Notes: generated by a model not told the origin, from the letters alone. 64,000 bases of DNA from an uncultured Gemmatimonadales bacterium (GCA_963795085.1 CAWCFX010000004.1:672001-736000), one strand, 5' to 3'; counted from the first letter of the stretch, positions 1 through 10,060 are shown. A program made the numbers and translations.

Positions 1-120
1 GAAGTCGGCCTGGTGCAAACCCGGCTCGAATCCACCCACTGGAAACGCCGGCTTCCCACTGTGGCGATGCTGAGCCAGACGGCGATCGGGGAGTATTACT
101 TGCGGCCGGTGGACTATTAA
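1..120 (+). CDS. nadE: NAD+ synthetase, C-terminal end (partial, runs off window start)
   Basis: Frame 1 translates EVGLVQTRLESTHWKRRLPTVAMLSQTAIGEYYLRPVDY*; the HWKRRLP segment resembles the NadE C-terminal H/FKRxxP motif. Confidence 0.65.
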   Translation, partial: EVGLVQTRLESTHWKRRLPTVAMLSQTAIGEYYLRPVDY

Positions 121-277
121 GTGAGCAGTGAGAAGTGACATCTTCCGGTAACCTGGTCCCAGGCATCATGCCGATGCAATTCCATCCGGTGCTCAGGTAT
201 CCTCCTAATTCCTGCGCCGGTCAGTGCCGGGGGGTTCCGCGTGGCGTGGTACGGCGTCTGCCCCGGAGGTCGGCGGC

Positions 278-745
278 ATGATTCCCGATTCCAGGCCGAT
301 GTCGTACTCCCGCGCCGAACTGACCCAGATGGTCATGCCCAGCATGCAGAACGTCCTGGGGGACCTGTTCGGCGGGCACCTGATGGCGATGGTGGACCAG
401 GCCGCGGCGGTCGCGGCGATCCGGCACGCCGGCGGGCCGGCGGTTACCGCGAGCATTGACCGGGTGGATTTCCGGGAACGCATTCCGGTGGGCGCCCTGG
501 TGACCTGCGCGGCGACGGTGGATTACGTCGGCACCTCCAGCATGTCGGTCTCGGTGGAGGTATACTCGGAGATCGTCTCGACCGGCGAGCGGAAGCACAC
601 CCACACCGCGCACGCCGTCTTCGTCGCGATCGACCCGCACGGCAAGCCGATGAAAGTGCCCCGGCTGGTCCCGGAAACCGAAGAGGAGCAGGCCCGGTTC
701 GAGCGGGCCCGGGTCCACCGCGAACGGATGCGCGCCCTCAAGTGA
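278..745 (+). CDS. Acyl-CoA thioesterase (hotdog fold, YciA-like)
   Basis: N..GDLFGG.LMA.VD motif, VTASID.VDF, FVAID..G.P; ATG 278 preferred to the GTG at 224. Confidence 0.9.
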   Translation: MIPDSRPMSYSRAELTQMVMPSMQNVLGDLFGGHLMAMVDQAAAVAAIRHAGGPAVTASIDRVDFRERIPVGALVTCAATVDYVGTSSMSVSVEVYSEIVSTGERKHTHTAHAVFVAIDPHGKPMKVPRLVPETEEEQARFERARVHRERMRALK

Positions 746-752
746 GCGTCCG

Positions 753-1577
753 GTGACCCCGCGGCGGGTGGTGCTGGTCCTGGGCGGCGGCGGCGTCAAG
801 GCCGCGGCCCATGTCGGGGCCTGGCGGGCGATCGCCGAGGCCGGGCTGGTTCCGTCCCGCTATTGCGGGACCTCGATGGGATCGGTGATCGGCGCGGCGT
901 TCGCGGCCGGACTCACCCCGGCGGAGATCGGCGTCCGGATGGCCGCGGTCGAGGCGACCGATGTCGCACGGCCCCGGGCGGAGGCGCAAGGCCTGTCGGA
1001 GCCGTCGCTCTTCTACCTTGAGCCGCTCCGCGCGATGATCGAACGCCTGGTGCCGGCCCGACGGTTCGCCGAGCTGCGAACTCCCCTCACCGTCACCACG
1101 GTCCACCTCGAGTCGGGGCAGCTGGTCCTGTTCGGCCAGGATGGACGCGACGTCCCCCTGGTGGATGCCCTGCTCGCCTCCTGCGCACTTCCTTTTTTCT
1201 ATCCGCCGGTGGTGATTGAGGGGAAGAACTATGTGGATGGCGGACTTCGGGGGGTGCTGCCCCTGGAGCCGGCGTCCCGCATGGCGGCGGACCTGGTCAT
1301 CGCGGTGGACACCGGCCCGGGGTTCGACGAGCCGGCTGGAGAAACTGAAACCGGGCCGGCCCTGCTCGCGGCCCACAACAGCGCCACCGGCATCCTGATG
1401 GCGGCCAACACCCGCGCGGCGGTGGACCTGTGGCGGGCCACGCCCGGCCTGCCGCCGCTGATCTACGTGCGGCCCCGGGTGGACCGCCACGTGACCTTCC
1501 GGGTAGAACTGGCTGAGAAGTATGCGGAGGAGGGATACCGCGCCGCGAAGGAGGCACTGCAGGCCGTCAGCCGATAG
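753..1577 (+). CDS. Patatin-like phospholipase
   Basis: LGGGG oxyanion motif, GTSMG nucleophile, DGG catalytic Asp. Confidence 0.92.
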   Translation: MTPRRVVLVLGGGGVKAAAHVGAWRAIAEAGLVPSRYCGTSMGSVIGAAFAAGLTPAEIGVRMAAVEATDVARPRAEAQGLSEPSLFYLEPLRAMIERLVPARRFAELRTPLTVTTVHLESGQLVLFGQDGRDVPLVDALLASCALPFFYPPVVIEGKNYVDGGLRGVLPLEPASRMAADLVIAVDTGPGFDEPAGETETGPALLAAHNSATGILMAANTRAAVDLWRATPGLPPLIYVRPRVDRHVTFRVELAEKYAEEGYRAAKEALQAVSR

Positions 1578-1652
1578 TCCTGCGACATCCCGCCGATTGA
1601 CGATTGCCCGAACGAGCGATAAGGTACACAATCACCTCGGGGTCTGACTGCA

Positions 1653-2060
1653 ATGCGCGCATCGGAAGTCATGGTTTCCAGTCCCATCGTCGCGGTGGCC
1701 GGCGCGCGGGCCAGCGAAGTCGCCATCCTGTTCCGGGACCGGAACGTCTCGGTGGTGCCGGTGGTGGACGATCACCGCACCCGCCGGTTCCTGGGCACCC
1801 TGAGCGACCGGGACATCGTGACCCGGTGCCTCGCCGTCGGGAAGGACCCGATGCATACCCGGGCGGATGACCTCATGCGCACCATGTCGATCGTGGTCCG
1901 GCCGGAGCAGGAGCTCGAAGGGTTCGAGCTGCGGATGGATACCGAACCGAACGAGTCGCATCTCCGCCCCACCATCACGGTGGTAGACGCCGAACACTGC
2001 GTCATCGGGTTCATCAGCCACCCGGAGCAGGTACCCGGCATCACCATCATCTGGGGCTAG
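1653..2060 (+). CDS. CBS domain protein
   Basis: VPVVDD...GTLSDRDIV CBS signature; second CBS repeat degenerate. Confidence 0.85.
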   Translation: MRASEVMVSSPIVAVAGARASEVAILFRDRNVSVVPVVDDHRTRRFLGTLSDRDIVTRCLAVGKDPMHTRADDLMRTMSIVVRPEQELEGFELRMDTEPNESHLRPTITVVDAEHCVIGFISHPEQVPGITIIWG

Positions 2061-2062
2061 CA

Positions 2063-2485
2063 GTGGAACTCCGGATCTTCACCATCGAAGAAGCCAACAG
2101 CACCCTGCCGCTGGTCCGCCGGATCGTGGGCGACCTGCTGGAGGAATATCCCCGCTGGCGGCTGGCGGTCTCCCGGTACGAGGTTGTGAGCGGCGGGGCC
2201 CACGCCGACTGGGGCGAGACACCCGAGCTGCTGGCCGCACGGACGGCAGTCACCACCCTGGCCGAGCGGATCAATGCCTACCTGGAAGAACTGGCGGGCC
2301 TGGGCTGCGTCTTCAAAGGGTTCGAGGCCGGGTTGGTGGATTTCTATTCGCTCCGGGAGGACCGGCTGATTTTCCTCTGCTGGAGAATGGGCGAAGACCG
2401 GATCCAGTACTGGCACGAGATCGACACCGGGTTCAGCGGACGGCAACCGCTGGACCCCAGCATCCTCACCGGGACCGCGCGATGA
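2063..2485 (+). CDS. DUF2203 family protein
   Basis: FTIEEAN..LP, GLVDF, LCW..GE..I.YWH....GF.GR pattern. Confidence 0.88.
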   Translation: MELRIFTIEEANSTLPLVRRIVGDLLEEYPRWRLAVSRYEVVSGGAHADWGETPELLAARTAVTTLAERINAYLEELAGLGCVFKGFEAGLVDFYSLREDRLIFLCWRMGEDRIQYWHEIDTGFSGRQPLDPSILTGTAR

Positions 2486-2940
2486 TCAAACTGATGCTGG
2501 TGCTGCATGTCCTCGGGTTCGTGGCGTGGCTCGGTGGTTCGCTGGCGAGCATGGTCACCAGCATTGCGGCCGGGGGGGAATCGCGCGAGGTGCTGGGCCC
2601 GCTGGTGCGGGTGCAGTCCAGCCTGGCGCGGGCCCTGATCGGACCCGGCGCCGGCGTGACCGTAGCGACCGGGCTGATCCTCACGTTCAAGATGTACGGG
2701 CCGTCCGCGCCGGCACCCAGCGCCTGGATGATGGTCATGCAGGGCGCCGGCATTGTTGCCGCGGTCATAGCCCTGGCATTTTGCCTCCCCACGGCGTCCC
2801 GGCTGCGCAGCCTGAACCCGGTAGGGCCCCACGCCGCGCATTTCGATGCCTTGCGTGCCCGGCAGCGCCTCACCGGCTCGGTGAGCGGCTCCCTGGGGAT
2901 TCTCGCCCTGGTCGCCGGCGTCCTCGCGCGGTTCGGCTGA
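2482..2940 (+). CDS. Hypothetical 4-TM membrane protein
   Basis: Four hydrophobic segments, LH....W.GG start; ATGA overlap with the upstream gene. Confidence 0.75.
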   Translation: MIKLMLVLHVLGFVAWLGGSLASMVTSIAAGGESREVLGPLVRVQSSLARALIGPGAGVTVATGLILTFKMYGPSAPAPSAWMMVMQGAGIVAAVIALAFCLPTASRLRSLNPVGPHAAHFDALRARQRLTGSVSGSLGILALVAGVLARFG

Positions 2941-3649
2941 CCTCGTTCTGCTCCGGCCTGGCGCGCGGCGCCGCCCTTCCTCCCTGCCGGCATACCGGGC
3001 GCACCGGACATTCTCCGCAGCGGGCCACCCGGGCGGTGCAGACCAGGGCGCCCAGTTCCATGATCGCCTGGTTGAAGGCCCAGGCCGGGTTCCCCCGCCG
3101 CGGCACCAGCCGCCTCGCGACCTCCCAGACCTGTCGGTCGGTCCCCCGGGACCGGGGTGACATGAACGCGCGGCGGATGACCCGCGCCACGTTGGTGTCC
3201 ACGGCCGGTTCGGAACGCTCGAACGCGAACGAGGCGACGGCGCCCGCGGTGTAGCGCCCGACTCCCGGAAGCCGGCGCAAGTCTTCCACTCCGGATGGCA
3301 GGGTCCCGCCCCGCTCCGCCACCACCGAGACCGCCAGCTGGTGCAGGTTGGCGGCCCGCCGATAGTACCCCAGCCCCTGCCAGGATTCGCGGACCTGGGC
3401 CGGCCTGGCCCGCGCCAGGTCGTGGATCGTCGGATACTGCGCCAGGAACCGGGGATAGTATTCCGCCACCCGGGATACCTGGGTCTGCTGGAGCATGAAC
3501 TCGGACACCACGACGTGATAAGGATCACGGGTACGCCGCCAGGGAAGATCGCGCCCGTAGCGGCGGAACCATGCCAGCAGGCGCCGGCGGAAGCGCAGGA
3601 TCTCGGGCGTAGTGCCGCGCCGATTCCCGGGGATGGACTTTGGGGGCAT
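2870..3649 (-). CDS. mutY: A/G-specific adenine glycosylase, short form without C-terminal NUDIX-like domain
   Basis: RDLPWR..DPY..VSEFMLQQTQV, LGYY.RA, HhH LPGVGRYTA, VDTNV and [4Fe-4S] C-x6-C-x2-C-x5-C. Confidence 0.9.
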   Translation of the reverse strand: MPPKSIPGNRRGTTPEILRFRRRLLAWFRRYGRDLPWRRTRDPYHVVVSEFMLQQTQVSRVAEYYPRFLAQYPTIHDLARARPAQVRESWQGLGYYRRAANLHQLAVSVVAERGGTLPSGVEDLRRLPGVGRYTAGAVASFAFERSEPAVDTNVARVIRRAFMSPRSRGTDRQVWEVARRLVPRRGNPAWAFNQAIMELGALVCTARVARCGECPVRPVCRQGGRAAPRARPEQNEVSRTARGRRRPGRESPGSRSPSR

Positions 3650-3695
3650 GGGTGCCCAAGATACACCCCGGTTGCAACGCTTACCACGGGAGCAG

Positions 3696-4484
3696 ATGGC
3701 ATCCACGGTACTCGCGGTTCCGCGCCTGGTCGGCAAGGCCACCCTGACGTCCTTCTCGCACGTCGGGCGGCTCAGCATGATGCTGGTCGAGCTAATCCGG
3801 GGACTCAGCGAGGTGAGGATCTGGGTGCCCCGCACCATGACCGAAGCCTGGAACATCGGCGTGGGGAGCCTGCTGATCGTCCTGCTCGTCTCCGGGTTTG
3901 CCGGCGGGGTCACCGCGCTCCAGGCCGGGTACCAGTTCACCGGCACCATCCCGGTCTATTTTCTTGCCGGCGTCATCGTCGAGTCCATCGTGCTGGAACT
4001 GGGACCGGTGCTCACCGCGATGATCCTGGCCGGCCGCATCGGGGCCCGCTATGCCGCGGAGCTCGGCACCATGCGGGTGACCGAGCAGATCGACGCCCTG
4101 GAGAGCCTGGGCCGGTCGCCTGCCTCCCACCTCCTGATCCCCCGGGTGATCGCCGGGTTCGTCATGATCCCCGTGCTGGTGGTGTTCGCCAACTTCATCG
4201 GCATCCTGGCCGGGTGGAAGGCCGCCCAGCTGGTCCTGCCGCTCACCGATGCCGACTTCTACTACGGCGCCCGGACATTCTGGCGCCCCTTCGACGCCTA
4301 CTATTCGCTGATCAAGGCCTTCTGTTTCGCTGGGTCCATCACGATCATCTCGTGCTATATGGGATTCAACACCAAGCAGGGCGCCGAGGGCGTCGGCAAG
4401 GCGACGACCGGGGCGGTCGTGTACAGCTCGGTGCTGATCCTGCTGCTCGACGTGCTGCTCGCCAAGATTCTGCTCAAGCACTGA
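3696..4484 (+). CDS. mlaE: MlaE-family ABC transporter permease
   Basis: ELGPVLTA...AGRIGA...AELGTMRVTEQIDALE; GAEGVGKATT. Confidence 0.92.
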   Translation: MASTVLAVPRLVGKATLTSFSHVGRLSMMLVELIRGLSEVRIWVPRTMTEAWNIGVGSLLIVLLVSGFAGGVTALQAGYQFTGTIPVYFLAGVIVESIVLELGPVLTAMILAGRIGARYAAELGTMRVTEQIDALESLGRSPASHLLIPRVIAGFVMIPVLVVFANFIGILAGWKAAQLVLPLTDADFYYGARTFWRPFDAYYSLIKAFCFAGSITIISCYMGFNTKQGAEGVGKATTGAVVYSSVLILLLDVLLAKILLKH

Positions 4485-4485
4485 T

Positions 4486-5238
4486 ATGATCCAGCTCAAG
4501 GATGTGCACAAGCGCTTCGGCGAACAGGTCATCCTGGACGGGGTGAATTTCGAGGTCCAGGACGGCGAGACCGTGGCGCTGCTGGGGCCCTCCGGCACCG
4601 GCAAGAGCGTGCTGCTCAAGCACATCATCGGGCTGATCCGTCCCGACCGGGGCGAGGTGGTGGTGGACGGCCGGGTGGTCAAGATGCTCAAGCGGAAGGA
4701 CCTGGCTGACCTGCGGTCCAGTATCGGCTACGTATTCCAGAACGGCGCCCTGTTCGACTCCGACGATGTGTTCGAGAACATCCGGATGGGGCTCTGCGAC
4801 GAGAAGGAATACAACGACGAGAAGTTCGCGCGGGAACGGGTGGCCGAGTGCCTGCGGCTGGTGAACCTGGCGCCGGAGACCCAGGACAAGTTCCCGTCCG
4901 AACTCTCGGGCGGCATGCGGAAACGGGTTGGCATCGCGCGGGCCATCGCGGGGAAGCCCAAGTACCTGCTCTACGACGAGCCGACCTCGGGGCTCGACCC
5001 CGTGAACTCGGACATCATCGACAGCCTGGTCAAGCGGCTGGCCGACGAGCTGGGGGTGACCAGCGTGATGGTCACCCATGACGTGCGGGGCGCCTTCCGG
5101 GTCGCCGACCGCCTTGCCCTCCTGACCGGGGGCCGGATTGAACAGGCCGGCACCCCCGACGAGTTCCTGGCCTCGAGCAACCCCAAGGTCAAGGAGTTCC
5201 TGGAGCGCGACTTCGATAACGCCAACTTCGCTGCCTGA
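4486..5238 (+). CDS. mlaF: MlaF-family ABC transporter ATPase
   Basis: Walker A GPSGTGKS, LSGGMRKR signature, YDEPTSGLDP. Confidence 0.92.
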   Translation: MIQLKDVHKRFGEQVILDGVNFEVQDGETVALLGPSGTGKSVLLKHIIGLIRPDRGEVVVDGRVVKMLKRKDLADLRSSIGYVFQNGALFDSDDVFENIRMGLCDEKEYNDEKFARERVAECLRLVNLAPETQDKFPSELSGGMRKRVGIARAIAGKPKYLLYDEPTSGLDPVNSDIIDSLVKRLADELGVTSVMVTHDVRGAFRVADRLALLTGGRIEQAGTPDEFLASSNPKVKEFLERDFDNANFAA

Positions 5239-5246
5239 AAGCCATC

Positions 5247-6134
5247 ATGGATCTTCATTACAAGCAGGAAATCACCGTCGGCGCCCTGGTTCTCGCGGCC
5301 ATCGCCCTGTTCGTGGTGGGCGCGCTCTGGCTGGGCGGAAAGTCGGTGGGCGGCTCCGGTAACCAGGCGACCATCGAGTTCAGCCAGGTGGGAAACCTCA
5401 AGGAAGGCGTGCCTGTCCTCATCTCCGGTGTGAACAAGGGGAAGGTGGACCTGATCAGGTTGATCGAGCCGGGGAGGGTCCTGGTAACCATCAGCCTGAA
5501 TCAGGACGTCGAGCCCCGCCTCGATGCCCGGGCGAAGATCATCGCCATCAGTGCCCTGGGTGACGCAGCCGTCGATTTTCATCCGGGGTCGAGCCCCGAC
5601 CGGCTGCCGGCGAACGCGCCCATCCGGGGCACCACCGAGGCCGCGCTGACCGAGCGCATGGCCCAGCTCGGTGACCGTGCCGACAGCGTGCTCCTGGGCG
5701 CCCAGCAGCTGGTGAGCCAGCGGACCGCCGACGACCTGCACGCCACGATGGTCGCCATGCAGCGAATGCTCAATACCCTGGCGGACCGGATCCCCGCCTC
5801 GACCAGCGAGGCAACCCGGACCATGGCGTCGTTCCGGCAGTTGAGCGCCCGGCTCGACTCCACCCTGGCGAGCCCGGGACTCAACCAGGGACTCGCCAAC
5901 CTGGACACCGTGACAGCCAGCCTCGCCGCGATGACGACCCAGCTGACCCGCACCAGCGCCACCCTGGACACCATGCTGGGGATGGTGACGCGCGGGGAAG
6001 GCACGCTGGGCAAGTTCGCCAGCGACAGCGGGCTCTACGTGGACATGCGGGGGACGCTGCAGTCGCTCAAGACCCTGATTGACGATATCCAGCGGAACCC
6101 GGGCCGGATCACGGTCCAGCTCAAGGTGTTCTAG
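5247..6134 (+). CDS. MCE/MlaD-family substrate-binding protein
   Basis: N-terminal TM, MCE domain (L.EG.PV.ISGV..GKV), helical tail ending GEGTLGK...DI.RNP; follows mlaEF. Confidence 0.88.
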   Translation: MDLHYKQEITVGALVLAAIALFVVGALWLGGKSVGGSGNQATIEFSQVGNLKEGVPVLISGVNKGKVDLIRLIEPGRVLVTISLNQDVEPRLDARAKIIAISALGDAAVDFHPGSSPDRLPANAPIRGTTEAALTERMAQLGDRADSVLLGAQQLVSQRTADDLHATMVAMQRMLNTLADRIPASTSEATRTMASFRQLSARLDSTLASPGLNQGLANLDTVTASLAAMTTQLTRTSATLDTMLGMVTRGEGTLGKFASDSGLYVDMRGTLQSLKTLIDDIQRNPGRITVQLKVF

Positions 6135-7054
6135 GGCGCCGCTTCCACGTACGGCACCTCCACGCTCCATCCGTCCCGGGCAATCGCCGTGTTGGGAAAG
6201 ACCGCCCGGGCCTCCGCGAGCAGTTCGCCGGCGTCGAGGCTGTAGCGGGGACTGATGTGGGTGAGGATCAGCCGGCCCACGCCGGCATCCTTCGCCACCT
6301 CCGCCGCCTCCCGCGCCGTCGAATGGCCGGTCTCCCGCGCCCGCTCGACCTCCGACTCCGAAAACGTGGCCTCGTGCACCAGCAGGTCCGCCCCCCGGGC
6401 CGCGGCAGCCACGGCCGGATGGGGCCGGGTGTCCCCGGTGTAAACGACGGTGCGGCCCCGACGGGACGGGCCGACCAGGTCGGCGCTGGTGACTTTTCGT
6501 CCGTCCGGCAATTCGATCCTGTCGCCCCGGTGCAGCCGGCCCCAGAGCGGCCCCTCCGGGATTCCCATGGAGCGCGCCAGGTCGGGGTTGAAGCGGCCCA
6601 GCCGGTCATGCTCGGCCAGGGCGTACCCAACCGTGTCCGCCCGGTGCTCGGTCTCGAACACCCGGATCTCGTAGTCCTCCCGCTTCAGCACGTCTCCCGG
6701 TTTGATTTCATTGATGCTGACCGGAAACTTGTTCCGCTCGATCCCCACGCTCAGGGCCCCGCCGAGGATGCGCTGGGCGCCGCGGGGTCCGTAGAGAGCG
6801 AGCGGCTCCGACCGGTCCATCAGTCCCATCGTGCGCACCAGGCCGATCAGGCCGATGAAGTGATCGGAGTGATAGTGGCTGAAGAAAATCTCGCGAAAAG
6901 TAAAGCCCACGCTCCAGCGCATCATCTGGCGCTGGGTGCCCTCCCCGCAGTCGAAGAGCAGGGTCTCGCCCTCCCGGTGCAGGGCGAGACCCGAGGTGTT
7001 CCGGTCCACCGTGGGGCAGGCCGCCGAGGTGCCCAGGAAAGTCAGGGTAAGCAT
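6131..7054 (-). CDS. rnz: Ribonuclease Z
   Basis: FLGTSA..PT..RN, FDCGEGTQRQ, HYHSDH, GP exosite, YTGDT, HEATF, THIS.RY. Confidence 0.95.
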   Translation of the reverse strand: MLTLTFLGTSAACPTVDRNTSGLALHREGETLLFDCGEGTQRQMMRWSVGFTFREIFFSHYHSDHFIGLIGLVRTMGLMDRSEPLALYGPRGAQRILGGALSVGIERNKFPVSINEIKPGDVLKREDYEIRVFETEHRADTVGYALAEHDRLGRFNPDLARSMGIPEGPLWGRLHRGDRIELPDGRKVTSADLVGPSRRGRTVVYTGDTRPHPAVAAAARGADLLVHEATFSESEVERARETGHSTAREAAEVAKDAGVGRLILTHISPRYSLDAGELLAEARAVFPNTAIARDGWSVEVPYVEAAP

Positions 7055-7108
7055 GGCCCCAAGATAAAGGCAAAACCTCGATTCCGCAGACATCGTAGGG
7101 CAAGGACC

Positions 7109-8380
7109 ATGAACTGGTCCCGGCTGGTCCCGATGGTGCTCTGCCTTTTCGCGTGCCGCGAGCTGGGAATTGTCGGCGGCACCCCGCGGGAGCGGTACGA
7201 GGAGTCGCTCAGCCGGTCCGGCCTTTCGGGCAGCGCACTGGGCACCCAGTGGCTGGCGGCCGGCCGCCGCGCGCTCGATGCCCCGGTTGCGGTGGAATTG
7301 CCGTTCCGGGAGACCGGGTACTTCCCCGCCGAGCGAGCCGGCGCCGCCGGGTTCGAGTTTACCGTGGAACGGGGCCAGCGGCTGATGATCCAGCTGGTCG
7401 CGGACCTGGCCCTGCCCGGGCAGCTGTTCCTGGACCTCTACAGCACGGTGGACCGGACCAGCGCGCCGAAGCACCTGATCAGTGCCGACAGCGGCGAAAC
7501 CGGGGTGGAGGTCGAGATCGAAACGTCCGGCACCTACCTGGTCCGTCTCCAGCCGGAACTGCTGGACCCGGCCCGCTATACCATCACCATCCGGTCGGCC
7601 CCATCGCTGGCCTTTCCCGTCGATGGCCGGGGCAACGAGGCGATCCGCAGCCGGTACGGGGTTGACCGCGACGGCGGACGCCGGCGGCACGAGGGCATCG
7701 ACATCTTCGCGCCGCGGGGGACTCCGGTCGTGGCGGCGGCGCGGGGGCGGGTCGTCAACGTGGGCGAGAACCGGCTGGGCGGGCAGGTCGTATGGCTCCA
7801 CGACCCGGAACGGAACCAGAATCTCTACTATGCCCATCTCGACCGGCAACTGGCGCTGGCTGGCCAGGAGGTGGAGCGCGGCGATACCCTGGGACTGGTG
7901 GGCAACACGGGAAACGCACGGTCCACTCCTCCCCACCTGCATTTCGGCATCTACCGCCGGGGCGAAGGGGCGATCGATCCCTATCCTTTCGTGTGGCGTC
8001 CGCCCACCGCGCTTCCCGCGCTGGAGGCCGATACGGCGCAGCTCGGCGGATGGATCCGGACCACCGCCAACCGCATACTCGTGGGGAGCGATACTCTACA
8101 GCGGGCAGCCGTAATGCGGGTGCTGGCCGCGGGCGGCCGCCGTTACCGTGTCGAACTTCCGGATGGCCGTTCGGGTTTCGTGGAGAGCCGTGTGGTACAA
8201 AGTGCGGAGACCCCGCTGGAACGGGTCTCCCCGGGCGATGGGCGGCTGCTGGAGCGGCCCACTCCCGGCGGTATCCTCATCGACTCGCTGGTTCCCGGTG
8301 CACGGGTCGGCTTGCTGGGGCGTTTTGGCGAGTACGACCTGGTGGAGACGGGCGGCAGGGTGGGGTGGGTGAAGAGATAA
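7109..8380 (+). CDS. M23-family peptidoglycan metallopeptidase lipoprotein with accessory N-terminal and SH3-like domains
   Basis: Lipobox LFAC; HEGIDIF (HxxxD), YAHL and PHLHF (HxH) motifs. Confidence 0.9.
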   Translation: MNWSRLVPMVLCLFACRELGIVGGTPRERYEESLSRSGLSGSALGTQWLAAGRRALDAPVAVELPFRETGYFPAERAGAAGFEFTVERGQRLMIQLVADLALPGQLFLDLYSTVDRTSAPKHLISADSGETGVEVEIETSGTYLVRLQPELLDPARYTITIRSAPSLAFPVDGRGNEAIRSRYGVDRDGGRRRHEGIDIFAPRGTPVVAAARGRVVNVGENRLGGQVVWLHDPERNQNLYYAHLDRQLALAGQEVERGDTLGLVGNTGNARSTPPHLHFGIYRRGEGAIDPYPFVWRPPTALPALEADTAQLGGWIRTTANRILVGSDTLQRAAVMRVLAAGGRRYRVELPDGRSGFVESRVVQSAETPLERVSPGDGRLLERPTPGGILIDSLVPGARVGLLGRFGEYDLVETGGRVGWVKR

Positions 8381-8382
8381 AA

Positions 8383-8442
8383 AGGGGGCAAGGGGGCTAG
8401 GGGGCTAGGGGGCATACGGTCAAAGGGGCAGGGGAGGGGGGC
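8383..8442 (+). repeat. G-rich 8-mer tandem repeat (AGGGGGC[AT])x4 plus degenerate copies
   Basis: agggggca agggggct agggggct agggggca at 8383-8414, between convergent genes. Confidence 0.8.
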
Positions 8443-8448
8443 ATCCGC

Positions 8449-9483
8449 TCACGGTGCTACTGCCGGATGCCGCCTGATGTATTCCTCCGTATCAAACTTT
8501 TTTCGCGCGGCCTTGAGCGACATGTACCGAACCAGGCCGTAGACTGGCCGGCCGTAGAAGGGCCGGTCGAACTTTCCGAAAATCCACATGATGCCGCTGT
8601 ACGCGTTGGGGCCCCGGCCATCGAGCGCGTACTTGTTGTTCAGGTGCTCGAGGATGGCGAAGGCCCGGGCCGGGGTTGCCGTCCACTGGAGAACGGATTT
8701 GCCCCAGAGCATGCGCATGTAATTGTGCATGTAGCCGTCCCGGAGGTAGGCGCGCTGGGCGGCATTCCAGAGTTCTTCGCCGGTGTTGGCGGATTCCAGT
8801 TGGCGGGCGGAGTATCGGGTGGTCCGCGGATCGCCGGCGTGTTCGTCCAGTTCTTTCTGGGCCCAGGCGGGCAGGGCGCCCAGCCCTCGGTGCCGGCGAT
8901 TGTGATAGGCGAAATTGAACGAGAGTTCCCGCCAGGTCAGCAGCTGGTCCTGGAAGCGGACGTAGTCCGGTTCCGGCGCCGCCTCTCGCACCGCCAGCAG
9001 GACCTCTTGGGGGCTGATGTTGCCGAAGTGCAGATACGGGCTGAGGCCGCTCGCGCTATCGCTGAGCGGATCGCCGTGGTTCTGGTCATAGCCGGCCAGC
9101 CCATGCTGGAGGAAATGACCCACTCGCTGTTGCGCGGCGGCCGGGCCCCCGCGGAAGCCGGGTGATGGCAGCACGGCATGGTCGATGGCGCAGGCGGCTG
9201 CCAGGGCCGGGATATTCCCGATCTGCTGGGAATCAAAGGGGACGTCGATGCGCCGGCGCACGCGGGGCAGTGTGGTGCCGGCCCGATGCAGGTGGTGCGG
9301 CAGCGCCTCCAGAAGCCGGGGCCGGATGGCCCGGGCGGTGGAGAACTCCCGGCCCAGCGATGCAACCGGGACGATGGTGGCGCTGTCCACCGCGACCACC
9401 GGGGCCCGAGCGCCTTTGCCGCGGGCGGGGCCTGCCTTCTCCAGGGCCTTGACCAGCCCCGCGGTCTGCCTGGGAACGATGGT
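8449..9483 (-). pseudogene. Class II CPD photolyase lacking its N-terminal domain (truncated; possible pseudogene)
   Basis: SGLSPYLHFGNIS, WRELSFNF, LWNAAQ, GYMHNYMRMLWGK, NNKYALDGR.PN.Y, GLVRYMS; the frame has no ATG/GTG upstream of GTG 9399. Confidence 0.7.
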
Positions 9484-9616
9484 CCATGGTCTCCATACCC
9501 TGCTGGGGCCCTGGAGTGCCCGGAGTTTGTGATATAGATCAATGTAGGGGGCAGTCCGGTGTGCTATACATCACATTTCCGGACACCAATGTGAACCATG
9601 AGCGGGAGTGTGTGTT

Positions 9617-10060
9617 ATGCGTGGCAGATCATGGGCTTTCCTGGGCGGGGTAGGCGTGGGTGCGCTGGTGATGTATTTCATGGACCCGGAGGCTGGAAAC
9701 CGGCGCCGGTACCTGGCCCGGGACCGGATGGCCCGGACCGGCCGCAAAACGGGGAACCTGGTCGGTGGGCGGACGCGGGACCTCGCAAACCGGGCCCGGG
9801 GCATCGCGGCCCGGATCCGGGCTCGGGTGGAGACGGAAACGCCCTCGGACGACGTACTGGCCCAGCGGGTCCGGGCGGCGCTGGGCCGGGTGATCTCCCA
9901 CCCCCGGCTGATCAGCATCTCGGCCCGGGCCGGCGTGGTCACCCTGACCGGATCGGTGTCGGAAGAAGAATGTCAGGGTCTTACCGCGGCGGTTCGGCGG
10001 GTCCAGGGCGTTGCCGACGTGATCGACGAGACCAACGTGCGGCAGGCCGCAGCGCGATAG
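9617..10060 (+). CDS. BON domain protein with N-terminal membrane anchor
   Basis: GALVMYFMDP..G.RRR anchor; D..L..RVRA.L....GVVTL.G...V.GV BON pattern. Confidence 0.88.
   Translation: MRGRSWAFLGGVGVGALVMYFMDPEAGNRRRYLARDRMARTGRKTGNLVGGRTRDLANRARGIAARIRARVETETPSDDVLAQRVRAALGRVISHPRLISISARAGVVTLTGSVSEEECQGLTAAVRRVQGVADVIDETNVRQAAAR

Noticed and set aside
2870..2940. 71-nt 3' overlap of mutY with the convergent membrane gene as a regulatory feature
   Set aside because: The tail after the Fe-S motif is low-complexity and best explained by stop-codon drift.
6131..8380. Long overlapping ORFs 6131-7942(-) and 6257-8380(+); similarly 39304-41274/39316-41634, 22076, 29546 and 47113-49080 extensions
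   Set aside because: GC-rich read-through upstream of the true starts; motifs, signal peptides and promoter positions define shorter divergent genes.
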